A model generated the notes under the pieces. The model was given only the letters and a program-made list of their open reading frames with translations, was not told the origin of the DNA and ran no database searches. Both the position numbers and the translations under genes were made by a program. Below are positions 36,334-44,767 of a DNA stretch of 64,000 nucleotides, piece after piece. The stretch comes from Bacillota bacterium (GTDB lineage: Bacteria; Bacillota; Clostridia; Christensenellales; UBA1242): positions 12,553 through 76,552 of the forward strand of contig WRBV01000005.1 of assembly GCA_009784375.1 (NCBI GenBank). The letters are read 5' to 3'. The number at the start of each line of letters is the position of its first letter. Positions within the stretch are counted from its first letter, which is position 1.

Positions 36334-36581
36334 AAACGTTTTCTTGGACACTTAGGTCATAAAAAGGCAACTTCGTTGCGCTGCTTCGCATCGCTTTCTA
36401 TGCATTTTTTGGACATTAATAAATGATTTACGAATTATCTAACGATGACCTGTTCGCAAAGCGAACACTTAATAACTTCCATAATGTCCACGAAGTATGA
36501 CCTGTTCGCAAAGCGAACATACATATATGCTATCCTTAGTGTCAAACGCCGTGGGCGGATATTTTTCCTAGGTCATAAAAG
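36334..36581. repeat. composite copy 3 of the ~110-nt element, plus two 23-nt direct repeats
   Basis: TTAGGTCATAAAA occurs at 36352 and CTAGGTCATAAAA at 36568. The element core is at 36361-36420. ATGACCTGTTCGCAAAGCGAACA occurs at 36445-36467 and again at 36497-36519. Confidence 0.7.
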
Positions 36582-36969
36582 AGCCAAGCAACCCACCTAC
36601 AATAGCACCAATAATTGCGGCAAAAAAGCTGCCGAAGATTATAAGAAAAGCCATGCCCTTGCCCATTACTTTGTTTTGATTACGAGCCATTCTCTCTTCT
36701 TCGTATATTCGACCTTTCGGAAGAATTGCGACACAAACAACCGATTCATCCGTGTATTTAACGTCTACAAGCTCAGCCGCAGCCAAGAACTTTATAATTT
36801 GCAAAATATTCTCGTTATCAATTTTATATCTTGGTAAAACAGCACGAGCAATATCCGCATATTCAATAATTTTATATGACCCATCTTCACCACAAATATG
36901 AAGCAATGAATCCAGCAATTTATATGAACGTTTATCTAGCATACAATAGTATACCAAATGTTCAAACAA
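36568..36969 (-). CDS. small winged-helix-like protein with a C-terminal TM anchor, paralog of 35903..36262
   Basis: Same architecture. The likely start is MLDKRSY... at about 36942. Its last codons and stop (ATGACCTAG) lie inside the repeat element. Confidence 0.5.
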   Translation of the reverse strand: MFEHLVYYCMLDKRSYKLLDSLLHICGEDGSYKIIEYADIARAVLPRYKIDNENILQIIKFLAAAELVDVKYTDESVVCVAILPKGRIYEEERMARNQNKVMGKGMAFLIIFGSFFAAIIGAIVGGLLGSFMT

Positions 36970-37021
36970 ATATAAAGAAAAAAGACCCAGGTATTCTGAG
37001 TCTTTTTTATAAAATTAGGAA

Positions 37022-40000
37022 TTAAACTTGGTCTGGCTTTTCAATCTTTTCGGTTTCTTTACCTTTTGCTTTTTTATTGTTTCCAGCAAACTTGGTGTCA
37101 CGACCAGTCTTGATAAAGTATATAATCACAGCAAGTAATACACCACTTGAAAGTACAATTAATACCCATCCCCATATCTCGGTTGGAGTAATAGTTGTTG
37201 ATGGCTCTGGAGCTTCGACATTTATTCTAAAGTTTCGTGATGTAGTTACACCAGCCTCGGATGTAATTTGAAGCGTAACAGTAAACTCTCCATCTACCCT
37301 AGGTACAAACCTCCAAATCTGACGTCCTCCCGTTGGACTGCCATCACCAGCAGCACGAATATCAGCCTCGGTCTGGTGATCACGTTGCCATTGGTTGTCA
37401 CCAGTTCCCTCTGTAATAACGTTGTTACCTACTTGAAGTGAGAATTGTGTATTAATCGCAACGAATGCACGTGTAAAGTTTGTTCTTGAACCATTTGGAT
37501 CTATCATGATGTCGTTAGAGTCAATAATAACTTCTTCACCGATTGTGTAAACTCTGCCGAATACTTGCTCTTGTCTCACAGTTGTAAAGTATATTCTTGC
37601 CTGTGCAATGTCACCGATACTGATAACAAATTCAAGATGTGTTTCGATACCTTGGTAAATCGCGGTGTAACGAACTGTGTATTCTCCGTCAACAAAGATG
37701 TCACGGTTGACACGTTGACCAGTACCATCATTATTGTCAAGACGACCAACAGGTTGGAAGAAGTGAAGCTGTTGACCAGTTACTGGGTCAATAACATATT
37801 GAAGTGCAAAGTTATCATCACTTGTGTCAAGAAGGATTTCTTGACCTGTACGCTCTGGACCTCTTACTGTGATGTAAGATTCAACTTGGCTTGAGAACCA
37901 CAATGGTCGGTTAAGGCTTCCAGTCATAACAGTCTGCCAGTCAGGAAGGAAGATAAATCCGTATTCCCATTGACCTGTTACACCTGGGACCTCTCTTAGA
38001 CCATTTCGAAGGTCATCATCACTTATTGGAAACCTTGTAGTTCCACCAGTAATTCCAGGAGATGCAAATTGCAATGGCATGTTGTAAATCTCGACAAGTT
38101 CGTTTGCATAGCTGATGCCACCTGTTGAGTTGATATATGGACGGTCAACGTATGTGCCTGTTCCCATTGTACGGTTACGCAAGTTCACGTAATCCGCTCT
38201 CATAAGGTTGACGTGGAAGTCAGTACTTGTTAACTGGTTAACGATGATAACGTGTTCACGACGAAGGACGATATCATCTCCTGCAACTGTGAGACCTACA
38301 TCAGCCAATCTGTCAACGAAGATTGTAATTTCGTAATCAAATACAAATCGTCCAGCAGTTCTTGGAGCAAAGTTGTTACCTTCCCAATGTACTGTTTGTC
38401 TTGGAGTAATTCTGTATGATGCGATAACAACTGGGTTTGTACCATCATGCCCCATTACTTGTTGGTTGTCATTTGATGTGAATTCTTCACCATTCACAGA
38501 AACAGAGATTGTTGGAAGCGGGAATGCTTGACCTACACGCATTGTTTCAGTTCCACCAACGATTTCAACATTTGGATGAGCAATCGCACGGATAAGAATT
38601 GTAGCAACAAACACACTAATGTTTCCACCGTTGTTTGTTACAAGCATTGTGATTGTGTGGATACCTGACTCACGTGGAAGGAAGTAAATTCTGTCATCAA
38701 TTGGGTTATCGTATGTACCGCGCATTGTGCTTATTACTTCGAATGCGTTTTCACTTGGATCTGGGTTCATTGGGTTTGTTGGGTATGTTGTTGTAGGAAT
38801 TGTAAGCTGTGGACCACCCTGGTTTGTTTGAAGTGGGTTACTGCTGTTTGGTTGAGTAACAGAGAAAGAAATAGATGAACGGTGTGTACCGACTGTGTAG
38901 TTAAGGAAGAATTGTGGAAGGAACACTTTACGGTTTTGAAGGAATGTTGGGTTTTCTCCGCCATTTATAGGATCATTTACTTCATTAACCATCAAGTCCC
39001 AATTTCCGTTATCAATTTGTTGTTGGTATGTTGGAGATTGGTCATCGCCGTCAACTGACATCCATGCACCTTGTGCACCAAAGATGTTAACAGCACTACC
39101 GTATTCTTCGCTGAAGATACGGATTTCTACTGTTTCTACACCAATACCGTATGGCTGGTCAGCGGTCGGGAATCCAGCAGTCACAAATTGGAAATCATTT
39201 TTAAGAGCAAAATAGTTTCTTGCAACCGCGATGATTGTCGCACGCAATATTCCAGATGCTGGGATAGATTCAAGCATGTCAAGTGCAACAAGTGAACCAT
39301 CACGAACAAGCGGCAAACGTACTTCCCCACCAACTATTTCAACTTTGTCGGTGATGTCTATAAATTGAGGACCGTTTGCAATTCCAGTTGTTGCTGTAAC
39401 TGCTGCACTTGTGTCACTTTCATAATGAATAAAGTATTGAACATCAATATTCACAGTATCCGTAAAGTGGTCACTTACGTTAACTTGTCTAAATGCGATT
39501 GTGTCATTTTGGTAATAGTTTGCCTGACGAAGTTGGATGCCGCCGTGGAATTCTGGTCTGTCGGCATGCATACGATAGTTAGTTCTTGCAACAACGTTGA
39601 ATGAAAATCTTTCTTGTGTTGAAAGACCTTGCCATTCGTCACCGAAACTTGTATCACGAACAATAACAGTAATCTGGTAACGAGCAATACGGTTATCTCC
39701 GTTCGGAGCAAGAGATTCAGAACCAGTCAACACCCCTGTGTTTGCAGTAGTATTAGAACCATCATGGATGTAACCATTACTGAATGCCATAGTTGCAAAA
39801 TTAATAACAAGTGGAGTTGTGTTATCCCAATGGAATTGAGCACCGTTTGCTTGTGCGGTACGAACTTCGGACGAGAATGTCACAGAGTTCGGACTTGGTT
39901 GGTCAAGTAAGAAACGTTGGATAGTAAGAGTATAGATAAGGTTTCCTGATCTCTCCCCACCTGATGTATCACCAAGAAGTGCAGGAATTCTTAGCAAGTG

Positions 40001-41659
40001 TTCATTACGATGCGAGTCTTGGTCGCCAAGGTCTTGCAATATTACTTCTTGAGAAATTTGTGTTCTTGCATTTGCACCACGACCTGGAAGGTATCTTGAA
40101 CGGTCGTTTGCAAATTCAAACTGGATTGGTGTTCCATAGTAATTTCCTGGGTCACTTGGACCAATGATGTTTGGGATTGTTGTTGCATTACCAACATCGT
40201 CATAAGCGAATGCATCTGTCCAACGCATCTCAGGAGCAACAGTAGAGAAACGAATAAAGAAACGTGGGTCTGGACCAAATGGGTTGTATCGGATGAATCT
40301 TTGTCCGTTAACTGTCACGATTTGGTCGCCAGCATGGTCGTAACCTGCACCAAAGATTGTTGTTGTGTAATACCAGAAACGGTATTCACCACGCTCGGTT
40401 GGAATAAAGTTAAAGTCAGTAATGTTGTGAAAGAATGAGTCTGGATGTGATGCGAGAGTATGACCATCTTGCCACTCAGGAGTTCTTGCAGGTCTCCATA
40501 CACGTGGACCCTCGTCTGGCATTATTTCAACACGAACGAATGTAAAGTTTGTTACTGTGTCTGCGTTAAGGTGAACAGGGTTATAAGCAACACCTTCGGT
40601 CGCACGTGAAAGTGAAACACTAGGATGTGGAAGAGTTGATTCCACATTTAAACGAAGGTTTGTTGGAACGAAATCAACACTTGGGTTAAATTCAAAACGA
40701 ATTTGTTCGTTTCGTGGTGTACCCGCCTCACCGATAATGTTTTGCCAATTTGCACCAACGTTATCAACCAAAATATTGTGAGTACGGAAAGATGCTACTG
40801 TGATATCGTCTTGGCTATTTTCGTAGATAAATTCTGCATAAAAGTTTGAACCAGCACTATCAGGTGTGAATGTACGACGTGCTGGGTCTGCAATAGCCGC
40901 TTGCCAGTTCGCAGCAAGTGTTTCGCCAGTTGCGTTATTAGCATTTTGGAGTTCTGCGTTACCGAAGAAGTGAACACGAGTATCGGCAAACACAGCCATC
41001 TGCAACATGTGAAGACGGTCAAAGTCATTATCAAGTGCAAGGTAATCTGCGTGAGATGTTACATTTGGGTAAAGTCTTTCAAGATATGTAAGATTAGGAA
41101 CGTATAATTGTCTTTCACGGTTACGACGAACCTCGAAAAGGTCACGACCATGACGGTCAACAAAAGAACTTGGAAGTGGAAGAGTTATTGGAAGACCAGG
41201 AACGGATACATTTGGAAGAATGTCTTCAGAATTAGTTGGAAGTGCAAATGAAAATTCATTTTGTGTAACACTTATACCAAAATAGTGAAAGTGTTCGCCT
41301 GTAAGAGCCGAATTCATAAAGAAACGGTATTCAAAATCACCTGGATTTTCCCAATGTGTTGGCATGTTTGCCATATCATCCGATCTTCCGATTACGACGT
41401 CACGTGCACCACTTGTACGTACAAGCTTAAAGTACGCATTTGGTCCACCCGTGCTTTTTTGTGGGATTATAATTGCATCCCCTACATAAGCATTACGTCT
41501 TGGAAGGTTGGTAACCGAATAATACGCGATTACCTCGTGGTCTGGCGTGCTAAATGGCATTAAACGTAATGCTGATGCGTGAAATGGACTGAGGAATACA
41601 CCAAAAAGTGCACCCAACGCGAGCACAACGGTTAAACTAAGAACTATTAATTTTTTCAT
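37022..41659 (-). CDS. very large surface protein (~1545 aa): signal peptide, huge ectodomain, C-terminal TM anchor and Lys-rich tail
   Basis: AAGGAGA RBS precedes ATG 41659 (MKKLIVLSLTVVLALGALFG...HASA). C-terminal WGWVLIVLSSGVLLAVIIYF. No LPXTG motif. Confidence 0.75.
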   Translation of the reverse strand: MKKLIVLSLTVVLALGALFGVFLSPFHASALRLMPFSTPDHEVIAYYSVTNLPRRNAYVGDAIIIPQKSTGGPNAYFKLVRTSGARDVVIGRSDDMANMPTHWENPGDFEYRFFMNSALTGEHFHYFGISVTQNEFSFALPTNSEDILPNVSVPGLPITLPLPSSFVDRHGRDLFEVRRNRERQLYVPNLTYLERLYPNVTSHADYLALDNDFDRLHMLQMAVFADTRVHFFGNAELQNANNATGETLAANWQAAIADPARRTFTPDSAGSNFYAEFIYENSQDDITVASFRTHNILVDNVGANWQNIIGEAGTPRNEQIRFEFNPSVDFVPTNLRLNVESTLPHPSVSLSRATEGVAYNPVHLNADTVTNFTFVRVEIMPDEGPRVWRPARTPEWQDGHTLASHPDSFFHNITDFNFIPTERGEYRFWYYTTTIFGAGYDHAGDQIVTVNGQRFIRYNPFGPDPRFFIRFSTVAPEMRWTDAFAYDDVGNATTIPNIIGPSDPGNYYGTPIQFEFANDRSRYLPGRGANARTQISQEVILQDLGDQDSHRNEHLLRIPALLGDTSGGERSGNLIYTLTIQRFLLDQPSPNSVTFSSEVRTAQANGAQFHWDNTTPLVINFATMAFSNGYIHDGSNTTANTGVLTGSESLAPNGDNRIARYQITVIVRDTSFGDEWQGLSTQERFSFNVVARTNYRMHADRPEFHGGIQLRQANYYQNDTIAFRQVNVSDHFTDTVNIDVQYFIHYESDTSAAVTATTGIANGPQFIDITDKVEIVGGEVRLPLVRDGSLVALDMLESIPASGILRATIIAVARNYFALKNDFQFVTAGFPTADQPYGIGVETVEIRIFSEEYGSAVNIFGAQGAWMSVDGDDQSPTYQQQIDNGNWDLMVNEVNDPINGGENPTFLQNRKVFLPQFFLNYTVGTHRSSISFSVTQPNSSNPLQTNQGGPQLTIPTTTYPTNPMNPDPSENAFEVISTMRGTYDNPIDDRIYFLPRESGIHTITMLVTNNGGNISVFVATILIRAIAHPNVEIVGGTETMRVGQAFPLPTISVSVNGEEFTSNDNQQVMGHDGTNPVVIASYRITPRQTVHWEGNNFAPRTAGRFVFDYEITIFVDRLADVGLTVAGDDIVLRREHVIIVNQLTSTDFHVNLMRADYVNLRNRTMGTGTYVDRPYINSTGGISYANELVEIYNMPLQFASPGITGGTTRFPISDDDLRNGLREVPGVTGQWEYGFIFLPDWQTVMTGSLNRPLWFSSQVESYITVRGPERTGQEILLDTSDDNFALQYVIDPVTGQQLHFFQPVGRLDNNDGTGQRVNRDIFVDGEYTVRYTAIYQGIETHLEFVISIGDIAQARIYFTTVRQEQVFGRVYTIGEEVIIDSNDIMIDPNGSRTNFTRAFVAINTQFSLQVGNNVITEGTGDNQWQRDHQTEADIRAAGDGSPTGGRQIWRFVPRVDGEFTVTLQITSEAGVTTSRNFRINVEAPEPSTTITPTEIWGWVLIVLSSGVLLAVIIYFIKTGRDTKFAGNNKKAKGKETEKIEKPDQV

Positions 41660-41798
41660 TTGGACAAGAATCTCCTTATTAAACAAAACTCTATTTCCTA
41701 TAATAAAACAAATCTGGGTGCTTTGTCAACTGGTAAATTATTGTTTGCAAACATTAAAACTTTTATCATGACAAATTTCGACAATGATTATTAGATTT

Positions 41799-41823
41799 AA
41801 AAAGCCGAGTAACTCGGCTTTTT
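41799..41823 (-). terminator. rho-independent terminator after the TVP38-like gene
   Basis: AAAAAGCCGAG-TAA-CTCGGCTTTTT. Confidence 0.7.
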
Positions 41824-41825
41824 GT

Positions 41826-42827
41826 TTAAATTGATTTTGGCTTTTTTGTCCTTGTCTTTTTGATTGGTATTATGTCATTTGGTATTTCTTCGCCAGAATC
41901 TATATCAATAACCTGCTCTTGCTCTTTTTGCTTTGCCTGCATTGCCGCGATTGTAGCTTTTGCAGCCGCAAGGTCATCTTGGTACTTTCTTACTCTGAAC
42001 GTTTTATTGAATATGCCAAGAAGTGCTTTGTGATAAATAACAAGCAAAATGGCATTTATAATCATCACATTAACAAAGAGTATAAGCAACATTGGATCGG
42101 TTTCTTGGACAAAGCCCGATTCAAGAATAATAGGATAACTGAGCAACAATGCAACCTCAATCGGACGGAACACTACGACAATAAGAATAAAGTGCCAAAA
42201 CTTCATTTTTGCCGCACCACAAGTCACACACAAAAGGTCGGTCGGGAAAAATGGAACAAGGAATAACCACGGCACACCGCGTGAACCATTTCGGGCGAAC
42301 CAGTCAAGTCGTTTATCAAGTGATTCTTTATCAAAAAGAAAATATAAAAGTCTTCGACCACCGTATCTTCCAAAAGCATAAAGACAAACAGAAGCTACAA
42401 GTACGGCAATAACAGAAATTCCATAAACCAAGAAAAAGTTCTGGTCTGGGAACATAGACATTCTAGCGACTATGGCAATAAAGAATGTAGTCGTACCTGG
42501 TATAAGATTCAAGGTCAATGATTGAGCAATATAAATCCCAATAAACGCAAGTGCCAATATCGCAACACCACCCTGCCAATCGGTGGCTTGTGCCTCGCGC
42601 GCCTCTCTACTTAAAAATGGGTTAAGGTCAAAACCAAATGCATAGAAAACAAAATACATACCAATTGTAAAACCAGCAAGTATAAAAAGAACCAACGTTA
42701 TACGCAACGCCTTTTTTTTACGCACAGCGGTCCAGCGACGACGAAACTCGACCTCGTCAACTTGGTCACCTATTTGAGGGATGTCACCCATTTGCGGTCC
42801 ATATTTTTTTTCTTTATTCTCGTCCAT
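41826..42827 (-). CDS. TVP38/TMEM64 (DedA-related VTT domain) membrane protein
   Basis: GVPWLFLVPFFPTDLLCVTCGAAKMKF is the VTT-domain pattern. Multiple TM segments. Confidence 0.7.
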   Translation of the reverse strand: MDENKEKKYGPQMGDIPQIGDQVDEVEFRRRWTAVRKKKALRITLVLFILAGFTIGMYFVFYAFGFDLNPFLSREAREAQATDWQGGVAILALAFIGIYIAQSLTLNLIPGTTTFFIAIVARMSMFPDQNFFLVYGISVIAVLVASVCLYAFGRYGGRRLLYFLFDKESLDKRLDWFARNGSRGVPWLFLVPFFPTDLLCVTCGAAKMKFWHFILIVVVFRPIEVALLLSYPIILESGFVQETDPMLLILFVNVMIINAILLVIYHKALLGIFNKTFRVRKYQDDLAAAKATIAAMQAKQKEQEQVIDIDSGEEIPNDIIPIKKTRTKKPKSI

Positions 42828-42922
42828 TTACCCGCCCTTTGTAATTATATTCCTATTTGGTATACTAGCATAACCATCCACCCCTTGGCAATTTATTTAA
42901 GGTGATGACTCTGTCATATCAA

Positions 42923-44767
42923 CTACTCTTCTGAAAATTGAGAATTATATAGCTCGGCATAAAACCCGCCGCTTTTCAATAGCTCTTCATGCCTACCCTT
43001 TTCTATTATGTCACCATGGTTCATCACAAGGATTATATCCGCGTTTTTAATCGTCGACAATCTATGTGCAATTACAAAGCTTGTTCGCCCTTTAGTAAGG
43101 CTGTCCATAGCGTCTTGGATTAATACTTCTGTCCTTGTATCAACCGAACTTGTTGCCTCGTCAAGTATTAACAACGGTGCATCCTTTATCATAGACCGCA
43201 CTATTGTAAGAAGCTGCTTTTGACCAGCCGACACATTCGCACTTTCGTTAAGAACGGTGTCATAACCATTTGGTAATGTTTTAATAAAATGATTAATACC
43301 AGCAGCAGTTGTCGCCGAATCCAGAATCTCCTGCTCGCGCTCTGGATCGACTTTCATATTATATAAAAGGTTTTGGCGCACAGTACCCTCGAATAACCAT
43401 GTGTCTTGCAACACCATTCCAAACATATCGGCAACATTACCACGTCGGAGGTCATTAATACTTACACCATCAATTGTTATATCACCCGAGCTTGCCTTGT
43501 AAAATTTCATAAGCAAATTAACAAGTGTCGTCTTACCCGCCCCAGTAGGTCCTACAATTGCAACCTTTGAACCAGCAGGAATATCCGCATTAAAACCCTT
43601 TATAACAGGCTTGCCCTCTTCATATTCGAATACTACATTATCGAATTTTACCGCGCCTTTTACATTGTCAGTTGTCGCGGTAATACTGTTCTCGTCTTCC
43701 ATTTCATCTTGCCCAAGGAACTCGAAAACACGTGAACTTGCAGCAGAGGCACTCATAAGGTTTTGTGCCGCTTGGGCTATATCTGAAAGTGGCCATGTAA
43801 ACAAACGTGCAAAGACCATAAAGGATATAATCACACCAAAGTCAGCTAGTGTTCCATTAGCTACGAATATACTTCCTACAATAAACACGGCAAGTGTTCC
43901 AAGACTTGCAACAAAACCCATTATAGGAATTATAAGTCCGCCGTAAAACTGGCTCTTCCATGTGCTTGTATAAAGTTTGTTGTTCAACTCGTCGAACTTG
44001 CCCATAGCAACGCCACCAGCGTTACTAACCTTCATAACCGTGTGACCGCCATAATACTCCTCGATATGCGTATTAACGTCACCAAGCTCTTTCTGTTGGG
44101 CATCATAGAATTTCTGGCTCTTCGCCATAATAAGACCCATGAACACAAAGCCAATTAAGCTTGCCCCTATGACAACAAGTGCAAGCATCCAGTTCGATAT
44201 AAACATGAATACAATCGAACCTATGACCATGGTCACCGCGGCTATGATTGTTGATAAACCAAAATCAAGTGCAGTTGCAAGAGTGGTAGCATCATTGGTA
44301 ATACGCGAAAGAACGTCACCTACTGGATGCTTGTCATGATAAGAAAGCGGAAGGTTATTAATCTTTTTTGACAACTTTCTTCGCAATCGTTTTGAAACTA
44401 CTTGTGCCACCGATGCCATGATGAATTCGTTAGCATAGGACAACACAAACATACCCACATACATAAGAGTAAGGATAATTCCAAGACGTACAACCGAGTC
44501 ATGTGTATCGGCACCAAGATGCATCATCGCAATTATATAATCCGCCATATCACCAAGCAGGTCCGCACCAAATAATCGCAGCAAAGCGGCGATAGATGCA
44601 AACACAATGGCAAGTATTATAAGCCCAAGCCATGGACGACAAAACTTCATCAATTTCTTTAAACCGCCCTTGGGGGTCTTTGGTTCTGGTTCTTTTGTGG
44701 ATTCGCTTTCTTTATTTACCGCCTCGCTCGGGACTTCGTCTTCGACTATGCTTCTCTTATCTTCCAT
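42923..44767 (-). CDS. ABC exporter half-transporter (TMD-NBD), consensus ATPase site, degenerate signature
   Basis: GPTGAGKTT, LLILDEATSSVD and AHRLST. The signature motif reads VSAGQ. Confidence 0.85.
   Translation of the reverse strand: MEDKRSIVEDEVPSEAVNKESESTKEPEPKTPKGGLKKLMKFCRPWLGLIILAIVFASIAALLRLFGADLLGDMADYIIAMMHLGADTHDSVVRLGIILTLMYVGMFVLSYANEFIMASVAQVVSKRLRRKLSKKINNLPLSYHDKHPVGDVLSRITNDATTLATALDFGLSTIIAAVTMVIGSIVFMFISNWMLALVVIGASLIGFVFMGLIMAKSQKFYDAQQKELGDVNTHIEEYYGGHTVMKVSNAGGVAMGKFDELNNKLYTSTWKSQFYGGLIIPIMGFVASLGTLAVFIVGSIFVANGTLADFGVIISFMVFARLFTWPLSDIAQAAQNLMSASAASSRVFEFLGQDEMEDENSITATTDNVKGAVKFDNVVFEYEEGKPVIKGFNADIPAGSKVAIVGPTGAGKTTLVNLLMKFYKASSGDITIDGVSINDLRRGNVADMFGMVLQDTWLFEGTVRQNLLYNMKVDPEREQEILDSATTAAGINHFIKTLPNGYDTVLNESANVSAGQKQLLTIVRSMIKDAPLLILDEATSSVDTRTEVLIQDAMDSLTKGRTSFVIAHRLSTIKNADIILVMNHGDIIEKGRHEELLKSGGFYAELYNSQFSEE

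Noticed and set aside
36445-36519. Two 23-nt direct repeats with a 29-nt spacer as a mini CRISPR array
   Set aside because: There are only two copies and no cas genes. The repeats contain their own hairpin and sit inside a larger composite repeat element.
36445-36837. 130-aa plus-strand ORF starting in the repeat locus
   Set aside because: It starts inside the ATGACCT repeat. It runs antisense through the better-supported minus-strand gene 36568..36969. Its sequence looks like junk.
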